Shown: in pieces, positions 50,213 through 63,139 of the stretch
Position numbering within the stretch: position 1 is the first letter of the stretch
How the letters are laid out: each line of letters opens with the position of its first letter
From: Squalus acanthias
Lineage: Eukaryota
Direction of reading: 5' to 3'
DNA: 64,000 bases
Assembly: GCA_030390025.1 (NCBI GenBank)
Contig: CM059432.1
Coordinates: 51,524,001 to 51,588,000 of the forward strand
Program-made: the position numbers and the translations under genes
The notes under the pieces: model-generated
Seen by the model: only the letters and a program-made list of their open reading frames with translations
What the model was told of the DNA's origin: nothing
Databases searched by the model: none

Positions 50213-53200
50213 ATGGCTGCTGAGTGGCCCGGAGTGCCAATGTTCCCAGGATGAATTTAATCAGGGGAGAAAATGTTGGGGGAAGGGAGAAAAAAAGGCC
50301 TAAAGATTTGGGCCGGGACATCAGGAGGTTTGAAAAAGAAAATACGGCGGTGGTTCAGTGCGAGGATAAGGAGATATGAGCATGGAATATTATCCAGGCG
50401 GTACATGAGGACTGCGGCGAGGGAAGCTGCTTTGCCTGCTGACCAAAGCCAAATGTTGGGTTCAAGGTGACGGTCAGTGGCCAAGAGGAACTGGAAAGAC
50501 TTTTACTGAGTTTGAAGGTTGGAGATAAGTTCTTGGAGGTATCTCTGCTATATTCATAGAAACATAGAAGATAGGAGCAGGAGTAGGCCATTCGGCCCCT
50601 CGAGCCTGTTCCGCCATTTAATGAGATCATGGCTGATCATCCAAATTCAGTACCCTGTCCCTGCTTTCTCCCCATATCCCTTGATCCCTTTAGCCTTAAG
50701 AAATATATCTAACTCCTTCTTGAATATATTTAATGAATTGGCCTCAACTGCCTTCTGTGGTAGAGAATTCCACAGGTTCACCACTCTCTGGGTGAAGAAA
50801 TTCCTCCTCATCTCAGTCCTAAATGGCTTACCCCTTATCCTTAGACTGTGACCCCTGGTTCTGGACTCCCTCGCCATCAGGAACATCCTTCCTGCATCTA
50901 GTCTGTCTAGTCCTGTTAGAATTTTATAAGTTTCAATGAGATCCCCTCTCATTCTTCTAAAATCGAGCGAATATAAGCCTAATCGACCCAATCTCTCCTC
51001 ATACGTCATTCCTGCCATCCCAGATATCAGTCTGGTGAATCTTCGCTGCACTCTCTCCATGGCAAGAACATCCTTCCTCAGATAAGGCGACCAAAACTGC
51101 ACACAATACTCAAGGTGTGGTCTCACCAAGGCCCTGTACAACTGCAGCAAGACATCCTTGCTCCTGTACTCGAATCCTCTCGCTATGAAGGCCAACATAC
51201 CATTTGCCTTCTTAACCACCTGCTGCACCTGCATGCTTACCTTCAGTGACTGGTGCACAAGGACACCCAGGTCTCGTTGCACTTCCCCTTTTCCCAATCT
51301 ATTGCCATTCAGATAATAATCTGTCTTCCTGTTTTTGCCACCAGAGTGGATAACCTTGCATTTATTCACATTATACTGCATTTGCCATGCATCTGCCCAA
51401 TCACCCAACCTGTCCAAATCATACTGGAGTTTCTCTGAATCCTCCTCACAACACACACGCCCACCCAGCTTTGTGTCAACTGTAAACTTGGAGATATTAC
51501 ATCTAGTTCCCTCATATAGATCATTTATATACATTGTGAATAGCTGGGGTCCCCGCACCGATCCCCACGGTACCCCACTAGTCACTGCCTGCCACTTGGA
51601 AAAAGACCCGTTTATTCCAACTCTTTGCTTCCTGTCTGCCAACCAGTTCTCTATCCAAGACAGTACCTTACCCCCAATTCCATGTGCTTTAACTTTGCAC
51701 GCTAATCTCTTATGTGGGACCTTATCGAAAGCCTTCTGAAAGTTCAAATACACCACATCCACTGGTTCTCCCTTATCTATTCTACCAGTTACATCCTCAA
51801 AAAAGTCCAGTAGATTAGTCAAGCATGATATCCCTTTTGTAAATCCATGTTGACTTTGTCCGATTCTGTCACTGTTTTCCAAGTGCTCTGCTATTACATC
51901 TTTTATAATGGACTCTAGCATTTTCCCCACAACCGATGTCAGGCTTACCGGTCTATAATTCCCCGTTTTCTCTCTACCACCTTTTTTAAATAGTGGGGTT
52001 ACATTAGCTATCCTCCAATCCATGGGAACTGTTCCAGAGTCCATAGAATTTTGAAGATGACCAGCAATGCATCTACTATTTCTAGGGCCACTTCCTTAAG
52101 TACCCTAGGATGTAGATTATCAGGCCCTGGGGATTTATCGGCCTTCAATCCCATCAATTTCCCTAACACCATTTCCCTACAAATACTGATTTCATTCAAT
52201 TCCTCCCTCTCATTAGACCCTATCTTCCCCGACATCTCTGGGAGGTTATTTGTGTCCTCCTTTGTGAAGACAGAACCAAAGTATGTATTTAATTGGTCTG
52301 CCATTTCTTTGTTCCCCATTATAAATTCCCCTGATTCTGACTGCAAGGGACCTACGCTTGACTTTACCAATCTTTTTCTCTTTACATATCTATAGAAGCT
52401 TTTACAGTCAGTTTTTATGTTCCCTGCAAGCTTATTCTCATAATTTATTTACCCCCTCTTAATTAATCCCTTTGTCCTCCTTTGCTGAATCCTAAACTGT
52501 TCCCAATCCTCAGGTTTGCTGCTTTTTCTGGCCAAATTATATGTCCTCTCCTTGGATCTTATGCTATCCCTAATTTCCCTTGTTAGCCACGGTTGAGTCA
52601 CCTTTTTTGTTTTATTTTTATGCCAAACAGGGATGAACAAATTCTGTAGTTCATCCATGCGATCTATAAATGTTTGCCATTGCCTATCCACCGTCAACCC
52701 TTTAAGTAACTTTCCCCAATCCATCCTAGCCAACTCGTGCCTCATACCATCATAGTTTCCTTTATTTAATCTCTGAGTCAACTACTTCACTCTCCATTTT
52801 AATGAAGAATTCTATCATATTCTGAAGAGGTGGTGGTCTCATTCTGAAACCTGCTGTTTTATATTGAGGACATTGTGCTAATAAAAAAGTTGGAGTCATG
52901 GGACATTAAAATTTGCTTGGCATTAAAGAGGAGATACTGTCCAGGAACGCGGGTAGCAGATGGAACCCGTTATGTAAAGGCGCGGTGCCCAGAGGGGGTG
53001 ATGTCATTTCCGTATAGCATGAAATTTGAGACAATGGAAGGAGTACAGTACTTCCGGGTACTGCATGATAACCAGGTGAAGGTTTGTTATTATTGTCTTG
53101 GACGCGACCATCTTGTAAGAAGCTGTCCAGACTTGTACTGTTATAACTGCGGCGAGTCTGGACACATCGCTCATAGCTGCAAGGTGGAGAGCTGTGCAGT

Positions 53201-54076
53201 GTGTCACAAAGGCTCCACCCGCTGTGAGTGTGAGGCAGAGGAAGCCCCTTGAGTGACAAGGAGATGGGAGAAAGAGAAGGAGCAGGAGGTGTGATTGGAG
53301 CGGCTGGAGGAGCGGAGCAGGCGGAGGACACAGCTGATGAATGGAAGGTGAAATGAGCGCAGGAAGAGGCAGAACATTGCGGAGCAGAGAACAGGATGGA
53401 GATGGTGGAAAACACACCAAGTACGGCGGAAAAGGACAAAGACAGCAGCGGGCAGCACGGGTCAAGAGCAGAGTCGAGCCATAATACGGCTCAGCTCTCC
53501 CTAAAGAATCTGGTGTCCGCGGGGGGAGAGGAGGCGTGAGCAGGGTGCGGGGTAAGTGTAAGTACTCCAAAGAAAGATGGGGAGTCAGACATCTCGGGAA
53601 GCAGGAGGGGAAAAGACAAGGAGAGGTTGCAAGAGGCAGGAGCCTTAAAGGGGCAGCAGGACGGGAGCGGGGAGACAAAGACGCCAGAAGGGAGCATGAT
53701 AGGTGCAGATGCGCCCTTGTCCCAGAGAGAGAAGAAACGGGGAGCAAGGGTCAGCAGTGGAGATGAGGCCGAAGAGAGTGGGACTGTTGGAGAAACTGTG
53801 ACAGCTGGAAGACTCTCTAATGGAGATTATGTATCTGATGGGGAGCAGGGATGGGAGGTTACAGAAGAGCTCGAGAGTGAGGAGTCAGAGGGGGACAGAG
53901 TGGGGGGTGGGATGGCATCGTGTGGAAAGGGAAAGCTTTGTGAGGGGCAGAAGGAGGGAGAAGGGGCAGCCCATCGGCCCAAACCTAATGTAAGGAAGAG
54001 GCTGAAACTGCAGGGAAGGTTCAAACAGGAGGTGAAAAAGAGCCGGAGGCTGCAGGAGAAAGCAACAGCTGCCTGA
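50213..54076 (+). pseudogene. Tx1-type ORF1 (gag-like, ZCCHC3-like) split by a CR1
   Basis: The frame is continuous across the CR1: LEVSLLYS|EEVVVSF*NLLFYIED...KRRYCPGTRVADGTRYVK...FRVLHDNQVKVCYYCLGRDHLVRSCPDLYCYNCGESGHIAHSC, followed by a low-complexity acidic/Gly tail. The start position is approximate. Confidence 0.85.
50556..52816 (-). mobile_element. CR1 LINE (5'-truncated) inserted in the Tx1-type ORF1
   Basis: 465-aa RT ORF with degenerate catalytic motif (KFTVD), TSD atattc (50550-50555, 52817-52822). Confidence 0.95.
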
Positions 54077-54715
54077 AAAGTTGGGAAGGAGCATGAGAGG
54101 AGGGAAGGGCCGGAGATTAAATGATGGGGGGATTATCAGGCACACTTCCCTTATTCGGAGCCATGATTACTGATCAATTTTTAAAGTACAGTACAATAGA
54201 TTAGGGTGTGTTATGGGAGACAAATTAAACTTCAGGTTTTGATGTTAATATGTGGTGGAGAAATGGCTGTGTAGAGTGGCAGAATGGATTTGTATGATAC
54301 AGTGGAATGATCACGATGTTGCAAATGTTTTTGTTGTTCAATAAATAATATATTAAAAAAAAGTGGGTAGCACACTCGCCTCTGAGTCAGAAAGTTATGG
54401 GTTCAAGTCCCACTCCAGAGACTTGAGCACATAAATCTAGGCTGACACACCAGTGCAGTGCTGAGGGAGTGCTGTACTGTTGGAGGTGCCGTCTTTCAGA
54501 TGAGACGCTAAACCGAGGCCCCGTCTGCTCTCTCAGGTGGATGTAAAAGATCCCATGGCAATATTTCGAAGAAGAGTAGGGGAGTTATCCCCGGTGTCCG
54601 GGCCAATATTTATCCCTCAATTAACATAACAAAAACAGATTATCTGGTCATTATCGCATTGTTGTTTGTGGGAGCTTGCTGTGCGCAAATTGGCTGCCGT
54701 GTTTCCTACATTACA

Positions 54716-57700
54716 TAGATACATAGATACATAGAAGATAGGAGCAGGAGTAGGCCATCCAGCCCTTCGAGCCTGCTCCGCCATTTAATGAGATCATGGC
54801 TGATCCTCCAATTCAGTATCCCGTCCCCGCCTTCTCTCCGTAACCCTTAACCCCTTTTGCCTGTAGAAATATATCTAATTCCCTCTTAAATATATTTAAT
54901 GAGCTGGCGTACACTGCCCTCTGTGGCAATGAGTTCCACAGGTTCACCACCCTCTGAGTGAAGAAATTCTCCCTCATTTCTGTCCTAAATGGTTTAGCCC
55001 TTATCCTTAAATTATGTCCTCTAGTTCTGTTCTCACCCGCCAAGGGAAACATTCCTTCTGCATCTAGTCTGTCTAGACCTGTCAGAATTTTATACACTTC
55101 TATGAGGTCCCCTCTCAATCTTCTAAACTCCAGTGTGTACATCCCTAAACTACATAGTCTCTCCTCATAGGTCAATCCCGCCATTCCTGGTATCAGCCTG
55201 GTGAATCGCCGCTGCACCCCCTCCATGGCAAGAACATCTTTCCTCAGATGAGGCGACCAAAACTGTACACAGTACTCGAGGTGTGGTCTCACCAGTGCCC
55301 TGTACAGCTGCAGCAAGGTATCCCTGTTCCTGTATTCCAACCCTTTTGCTATGAAGGCCAGCATACCGTTTGCCTTCTTGACCGCCTGTTGCACCTGCAT
55401 GCTCGCCTTCAGTGACTGGTGTACAAGAACACCCAGGTCTCTCTGTACTTCCCCCTCTCCCAATTTATTGCCATTTAAATAATAATTTGCCCTCCCGTTC
55501 CTGCACCCAAGGTGGATAACTTCGCACTTGTCCACATTATAGTGCATCTGCCATTTATCTGCCCAATCACCCAGTCTGTCCAAATCGCTCTGGAGCTTCC
55601 TGGTCTCCTCCTCTGAGCCCACCCCCCCCTCCTAGTTTAGTGTCGTCTGCAAATTTGGAAATGCTGCATCCGACTCCCTGATCCAGGTCATTAATGTAAA
55701 TTGTGAACAGCTGGGGACCCAGGACAGATCCCTGTGGTACACCACTTGTTACTGCCTGCCATTCAGAAAATGAGCCGTTTATTCCAACTCTCTGTTTTCT
55801 ATCTGACAGCCAGTTCTCTATCCACGTCAATACTTTCCCCTTTATCCCATGAGCTTCAATTTTCCCTGCTAATCTTTTATGTGGGACCTTATCGAAGGCC
55901 TTTTGGAAGTCCAGGTACACCACATCTACTGGCTCTCCCCCATCTATTTTACCAGTTACTCCCTCAAAAAATTCCAATAGATTAGTCAAGCACGATTTAC
56001 CCTTTGTAAATCCATGTTGACTCTGTCCTATCCTGTCCCCATTTGCTAAGTGCTCCGCTATTTCATCCTTAATGATGGACTCCAGCATTTTTCCCACAAC
56101 TGATGTAAGGCTTACAGGTCTGTAATTACCTGCTTTTTCCCTACCCCCCTTTTTGAATAGTGGGGTAACGTTAGCTACCCTCCAATCCATGGGCACTGTT
56201 CCCGAGTCTAATGAATTCTGAAAAATCATACTTAGTGCATCCGCTATCTCTAGGGCCACCTCCTTCAGCACCCTAGGATGCATGTTATCAGGCCCTGGGG
56301 ATTTGTCCGCCTTCAATCCCTTTAGCTTCCTTAACACCATATCCTTAGAGATATTGATTTGCGTCAGTTCCTCCTTTGCAAATGTCCCTATTTTTCCCGA
56401 TATCCCAGGGAGGTTTTTTGTGTCTTCCTTCGTAAAGTATGCATTTAGTTGGTCTGCCATTTCCTTATTTCCCGTTATATATTCCCCCGTATCTGACTGC
56501 AATGGGCCAACTTTGGTTTTCACCAGTCTTTTCCTCTTGATATACTTATAAAAGCTTTTGGAGTTAGTTTTTATATTTTCCGCCAGCTTGCTTTCGTAAG
56601 CTATTTTGCCCCTCTTGATTAAGCCCTTTGTCCTCCTTTGCTCTATCTTAAACTGTTCCCAATCTTCCGCTCTGGCGCTTTTTTTGGCTATTTTATACGC
56701 CCTATCTTTGGATTTTATGCTGTCTCTAATTTCCCCTGTTATCCACGGTGGAGTCACCTTTTTAGATTTCCTTTTATGCCAGATTGGTATAAACAATTTT
56801 TGCAATTTTGTCATTCTATCTTTAAATGCTTGCCATTGTTTATCTACCTCCAGTCCTCCCAGGAACGTTGTCCAATCAGACCTACTCAGTTCCCATCTAA
56901 TGGCATCATAATTCCCCTTGTTTAAATTCAGGACCTTAGTATCTGAGTCAATTTCTTCGCTCTCCATTTCGAGTGAGAAATCGATCATGTTATGATCGCT
57001 CTGACCCAAGGGTCCCCGTACAACAAGATTACTAATTAGTCCCTTCTCATTGCACAGTACCCAGTCCAATATAGCCTGTTCCCGAGTTGGTTCCTCGACA
57101 TATTGATCCAGATAACCATCCCTTAAACACTCAAGGAATTCCTCCTCCTCATTATTTTTACTGATTAGGCTATTCCAATCTATATGTAAGTTAAAGTCAC
57201 CTATGATGACAGCTGTGCTCTTATTGCACGCTTCTCTAATTTCCCTCGTGATGCCCTCCCCAACCTCTATTTTACTATTTGGAGGCCTATATACCACTCC
57301 TATTAATGTTTTTCGCCCCTCGCTATTTCTTAGCTCCACCCATATAGATTCTGTATTAACTGAGTTAATATCCTTCCTTTCAATTGCATTTATCCCTTCT
57401 TTTACCAGCAATGCTACCCCTCCTCCCTTTCTTTTTTGTCGATCCTTCCTAAATACTGAATACCCCTGTATGTTAAGCTCCCAGCCCTGCTCACCCTGCA
57501 ACCATGTTTCCGTAATCCCAATTAGATCATAATTATTAACCTCTATTTCCACAGCTAATTCATCTACCTTGTTCCTGATGCTTCTCGCATTAAGGTATAA
57601 AACCCTCAGGCTTTTTTTATGCTCACATTTTTTATGAATTAGTTTGGCCCTTTGTTTTTTGTTCCTCACCCTTTTACCATTTATTTCTGTCTGCCTTTCA

Positions 57701-57891
57701 CTTTCCTCTATTTCACTACATAGGTTTCTAGCCCCCTGCCATACTAGTTTAAATGCTCCCGAACTGCTTTATCAAAAATTACCCCGAGAACATCAGTTCC
57801 ATCTTTGCACAGGTGTAGACCGTCCCTTTTGTATAGGTCACACCTACCACAAAACTGGTTCCAATGCCTCAAAAATTTAAAACCCTCCCTC
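54716..57891 (-). mobile_element. Young CR1 LINE: ORF1 esterase C-terminus plus a complete ORF2
   Basis: TSD ttaca (54711-54715, 57892-57896). ORF1 end KRDGLHL...HLN* at 57890-57744. (tatgtatc)n tail. Confidence 0.96.
54813..57669 (-). pseudogene. CR1 ORF2 (APE endonuclease plus RT) with a single frameshift in a G run near 55622-55632
   Basis: The 700-aa and 269-aa ORFs overlap at [37 protein letters not shown] and FADD are intact. Confidence 0.93.
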
Positions 57892-58870
57892 TTACAACAG
57901 TGACTACACTTCAAAGAGTATTCATTGGCTGTAAAGCACTTTGAAACATCCTGAGGCTGAGAAAGGCACTATATAAATTTTATACAAGTCTTTCTCCTAT
58001 AGATAATCAACACATCCAAAACAATATTTTTGGAATTGCATTGAAGAATTAGTCAGATGAACATGTAATAATGTTTGGTAATCATAGCAATTATTTTAAT
58101 ATTAGGTAGGTCATGGTATTTGTAAAATAAGTTCAAAAAATAATATTGAACACCAGCATGGAATACTTTGTGACCAAATCCATTTGTAGGTGATCGTAGC
58201 AAAATATTGAACTGCAGGGGAGCTCCATTTGGCAGTCAAGGTTTAAAACGTAATCACTGAAAGAGGCATACAAGGCAAAGCATTTTGCAAAATTTATCTA
58301 AGAACTTTTTAGAGCAGAAAAAAACAATAGCTTAGAAACTGGGCCATGTAGAGCCCGTTTTTTAGGCACTACTCAGTCTACCAAGGCTCCAAAATGGCAG
58401 GTAGGAAGCACATGCATATTTTTGGCCGAAAATGTGTTGACTGCCATATTGGGTAAGGACAAACAAGAGGCGCCCTATACACACACCCAAAGCAGGCGTT
58501 AGGCACTTTGCATTTCCAATTAAAGGGCCTAACAGCTGCTTGAGATCCCCGCTCCAATATTGGTTTGCCCTGAGGCAGCCAGCATATCATGAGTTGCACT
58601 CGGGGAAATCAGCCCCACGGAAGGTCTGCCAGCCAAGAAGGTAAGTATCTTCAGGATGTGGAACCAGGAGGAGGAAGTGAAATGTTCCTTCCAACCCCAC
58701 ATTAAAAGACCTGATGGCCGCTCCTGATTCCCCCACCCCCGCCATCGCTGCTGCTCCTGATCTCCCCATTGTGTCACTCCTGACCCCCGATCCACTGCCC
58801 CCAGCCCCGACCCCCATTCGTGGACTCCAGGCACCCCGACCCCCAATCACGGAACCAATCTGACTAAACC

Positions 58871-58950
58871 CATAGCCCCGACACGACCCACAGCCCCGAC
58901 CCGACCCGCAGCCGCGACCCGACCCGTAGCCCCGACCCGACCCGACCCGC
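58871..58950 (+). repeat. 18-bp minisatellite (about 4 units) inside a MITE-like GC-rich remnant (about 58340-59020)
   Basis: Repeated agccccgacccgacccg units. Confidence 0.7.
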
Positions 58951-59169
58951 GGCCCTGCATTGTCCCGCTCCCCCATCCCTGACCCTACCCCCGAACCCAC
59001 ATCAACAAAACAATCATGCTGAACTGCTTACTTATAACCAATGTTTCTTACATTGCTATCACAGATTGTAAATTGCTGTGCTGTTCTTTACTACTGAAAC
59101 AAAAGCCACACTGGTGGAGGAAGAGGAAAGGATGAAATATTCTTGTTGAAGCCTCCTGTAGAAACAGTG

Positions 59170-59788
59170 ACCTGGATATTAACAGGGGCGGGTTATGTAG
59201 CCTGTGGGGTGGGGGGGTGGTGGGGCAGAGTTTGGGACGAGAAACCGGGAAGTCTGGCTCAAAACTCCACAGTGTGCGTCTTTTGGCTCTGACAGGTTCC
59301 CCGCCTAGAGGTCAGCCTGATTGACAGGCTTGGCTTTCAGTCGGGCGGGGAGCACTCCGGAGAAGGCCGCAGGACCCGCTAGTTCCAATCCTCGACCCTG
59401 GGGGGAGGTCTGATCCCGGGAGGGGTTCTGACGGGGGAGAGCTTGGGGGGCTGGGGGCAAACACGTCTGTTCCTCCTTGCCCACACGTAGTGGTGTGAAG
59501 GCACCTACCTTCTCCCTGAAGCTGTCCTCCCCTCACATCAGCTGCCGAGATTGCCGAGGCCTGGGAAACCCGGCCGCCTGCTGTAAAACCTGCAAAGCTA
59601 CCAGCCTCAGTAAAATATTTAAATTAGCAACCCGCCTCCTGGGTGTGGGTTGGCTGCCCACCCCTTGTCCCACCTCCGTTAAACGCGGAAGTGGGCGGGT
59701 TGGAGACGGGTTCCCGACGCACTTGGAATTTTGCCCGATTTAAACCCCCACCCGCACCCAATCCCACGTGAATGTTATAATTCCCCCC
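59170..59788. mobile_element. GC-rich Harbinger-type MITE, relative of 18400-19225
   Basis: Shared blocks ctggatatt, gtcagcctgattgacaggcttggctt and gtaaaacctgcaaagc. Ends aattcccccc. Confidence 0.75.
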
Positions 59789-61199
59789 AATCAGTTTCTC
59801 ACTGGAGGCTTTAAGTGTGAAATTGATTGTTGAACTTGGCAGGCTTTACTTGCCAATCTCAAGCCAAATCTCATGAATTGAAAACCAGCCTGTTCATTAC
59901 GGTCTCAATAACTCCTTGTCAAGGAACTCTCTGGAGTTCGTCACCCAGTCTATACCTAACAGTTAATGATGCCTAAATTTGGCTCGCCGAACTGCCTTGC
60001 ATTAACCAGTTCAGATTATACTAGCATTTACACTACCAACCTCCCATCGGGATCCGCACAAGTTACTGAGTCAATTAATTAACCCTTTCTTGCCAATTAT
60101 CAAAGCGGTCAGACAACAAAGTCATGAACTACCAATTGTTTATTAACTTTAGAATCAGAGTTAAACATTGAGTATGCAAATAATTAGGAGATAGAGTTAA
60201 TTGACAAAATAAATAACAGGTGTTATAAAGAGATTTCAGTTATGTTACAGTAATTTACCATTAACTACTTGCTGATTATAAATTTTCATTGAGATTAGAA
60301 ATTGACATAAATGTGTTATGATTAATGTAGGATTAGGCTCCTTATATAGCTCACAAATTAACCGTATTAGATAGCCAGTCTATTGAATAGATTAAAATCT
60401 ATATTCTTGTAGTTACCAATATTTCCAGAACTTATATAACCCTATCTTTATGAGGTGGTGTGGATGCACTGGGTATCTCACCTTCCTCTGGGAGGATGAT
60501 GTTAGCATTCCGAGACAGTCTGTAGAAGTGCTATACATTCCTCTGGATCCTCTGCTTCTGGGTAAATTCACCATCTGCGCTGGTAACTGTAACTGGACTA
60601 ACTGCCTTAAATCTCACCTCCCTTGATTTCAGGGAAACTTGTACATCTAAGTGACACACATCTGACTGTATTTGGCTGGTATAGCTATAAAATCTTAACT
60701 TCTGCAACTTTTCTCTCTCTGCAGAAATGTGCTTTTCAATTTTACAGACACACCCTTCTAAATATACTAGACAAATAATGCTTGCACCTTCTATTACAAG
60801 AACTAGAACTATATTTTCGGGTATTTCTTCTGCAAAGTGTCCTTATCAGTTACTGGATGAACATCTGCTTTCAACACATGGCACCTTGTGACATGCCAAC
60901 TGCCTTGAATTTCTAGATGTTAAAATTCAATCCCATGTCTCATGCTTGCCTATTAACAATTGCTTAATGCAGGTCCAAAGAAGTGTATCATCCTCTGTGA
61001 GGTTGACTAGTCCACCAGGATACTCAGTGGCAGGATAATGCAAGCTGGAGCCTTCTTTCCCTGCAACAGTTTCTCCATTTTGCAACAAATTCACTTCACA
61101 GCAAAGTCCTTGATCTTGCATAATGGCTGATCGATGGGGTATGATGTGTGTTCATTCTGTGGTCAGGAGGATGGTGGTAATTCACTCACGTATATTATA

Positions 61200-61690
61200 G
61201 ATGGATAAGGCACAGGTTGAATACGTTCTGAAAAGAAGTAAAAGTGGTGCATTAAAGTCTAGAGGTCCATGGGTAAATAGAAAGGTTAAATCAAAAGTGA
61301 AGTTTAGAAAGAGGTATAAGGTAAATGGAGGGGGCAGTTAATGTAGAAGAAAACTTTGAGAAATGTAAAATACAGAAGAAAAACATAAGAGAGATTAGGA
61401 AAATGAAGAAACTGCATGAAAGAAGGCTAGCAGACAACATCAAGAGAAATAGCAAGGGTTTTTTAGAAGCATGTAAGACATAAAAGGATAGTCAAAGAAG
61501 GGATGGCATCACATAAAGCCAATGGGGGCCATCTTGTTCTTGAGGGTGAAAGGATGGTGGAAATGTTTAATAATCATTTTTTCTCTGTTTTTACGGAGGA
61601 ATTTGAAAATGGGGCCTTAGAAAGACCTGAGGAGGACATGGGGAGACCTGAGGAGGAAATCCATTTGGACAGAAAATCATGTGTGGCACA
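61200..61690 (+). mobile_element. Old CR1 ORF2 mid-region fragment
   Basis: RLADNIKRNSKGF and EMFNNHFFSVFTEE. Confidence 0.65.
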
Positions 61691-61759
61691 TTGACATCTG
61701 TGTTCTGAAAACAACAAGATGTAGAAACTGCATAGGTCAATTTTGGGTCACTGCGATTA

Positions 61760-63138
61760 CTTTAATCTACATATAGACTGGGCAAACCAAATTTGCAGTA
61801 ATAGTGTGGAGGACGAATTCACGGAATGTATGCAAGATAGTTTTCTAGATCAGTATGTTGAGGAATCAACCAGGGAATAGATTATTTTAGATCTAGTATT
61901 GTGTAATGAGAAAGGGTTAATTAATAACCTTGTAGTAAAGGGGTGTTTAGGGAAGAGTGACCATAATATGATAGAATTTTATATTGAGTTTGAAAGTGAT
62001 TTAGTTAAATCCAAAACGGACAGAAAACAGAGAGCAGGAATAAACCAGTCATCTTTGGGTTGGCAGGCTGTAACTAGTGGTGTACCACAAGGATCAGTGC
62101 TTAGGCTTCAGCTATTCACAATCTACATCAATGATTTGGATGAGGGGACCAAATGTAATATATCTAAGTTTGCTGATGATACAACGCTGGGTGGGAATGT
62201 AGTTGTGAGGAGGATGCAAACAGGTTTCAAGGGGATATAGACAGGCTAAGTGAGTGGGCAAGAACATGGCAAATGGAATATAATGTGGAGAAATGTGAAG
62301 TTATCCACTTTGGTCAGAAAAATAGAAAAGCAGAGTATTTTTTAAATGCTGAGAGATTGGGAAATGTTGGTGTTCAGAGGGACCTGGGTGTCCTTGTACA
62401 CGAATTACTGAAAGTTAACATGCAGATACAGCAAGCAATTAGGAAAGCAAATGTATGTTGGCCTTTATTACAAGAGGATTTGAGTATAAGAGTAAAGACG
62501 TCTTACAGCAATTATATAGGGCCCTGGTGAGACTACACCTGGAGTATTGTGTACAGTTTTGGTCTCCTTACCTAAGGAAGGATATACTTGCGGATATACT
62601 TGCCTAAGGAAGGATATACTTGCCATAGAGGGAGTGCAACGAAGGTTCACCAGACTGATTCCTGGGATGGGGGGATTGTCCTATGAGGAGAGATTGAGTA
62701 GACTAAGCCGATATTCTCTGGAGTTTAGAAGAATGAGAGGTGATCTCATTGAAACATACAAAATTCTTACAGGACTTGACAGGGTAGATGCAGGGAGGAT
62801 GTTTCCCCCTGGCTGGGGAGTCTAGAACCAGGGGTCACAGTCTCAGAATAAGGGGTCGGCCATTTAGGACTGAGATGAGGAGAAATATCTTCACTCAGAG
62901 GGTGGTGAATCTTTAGAATTCTCTACCCCAGAGAGCTGTGGAGGTTCAGTCATTGAGTATATTCAAGACAGAGATCGATAGATTTTTGGCTATTAAGGGA
63001 ATCAAGGGATATGGGCATAGTGCAGGAAAGCGGAGTTGAGGTAGAAGATCAGCCATGATCTTATTGAATGGTGGAGCAGCCTCGAGGGGCCAAATGGCCT
63101 ACTCCTGCTCCTATTTCTTATGTTCTTATGTTCTTATG
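61760..63138 (+). mobile_element. CR1 with a large internal deletion fusing EN to late RT
   Basis: KSDHNMIEF..KSKT|DRKQRAGIN junction at about 62017, (ttcttatg)x3 tail. Confidence 0.92.
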
Positions 63139-63139
63139 A

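Larger units (their letters stand above)
50077..54362 (+). mobile_element. ORF1-only (HAL1-like) Tx1/L1-type non-LTR retrotransposon, about 2.0 kb without the nested CR1
   Basis: 16-bp TSD agtgagtagcactctc / agtgggtagcacactc, aataaa at about 54340, poly(A) tail, Tx1-type ORF1 with CCHC knuckles, no EN or RT. Confidence 0.82.
50043..57995 (+). mobile_element. Deu-domain tRNA SINE broken into three pieces (50043-50076, 54363-54715, 57897-57995)
   Basis: A-box tggctcagtg at 50055, B-box ggttcaagtcc at 54400. The body and tail pieces join into the same SINE as 21286-21724. Confidence 0.9.

Noticed and set aside
52875..53252. Host ZCCHC3/CNBP-like zinc-knuckle gene or retroviral gag
   Set aside because: It is part of a TSD-flanked, poly(A)-tailed element with stops, there are no LTRs, and the motifs match Tx1-type ORF1.
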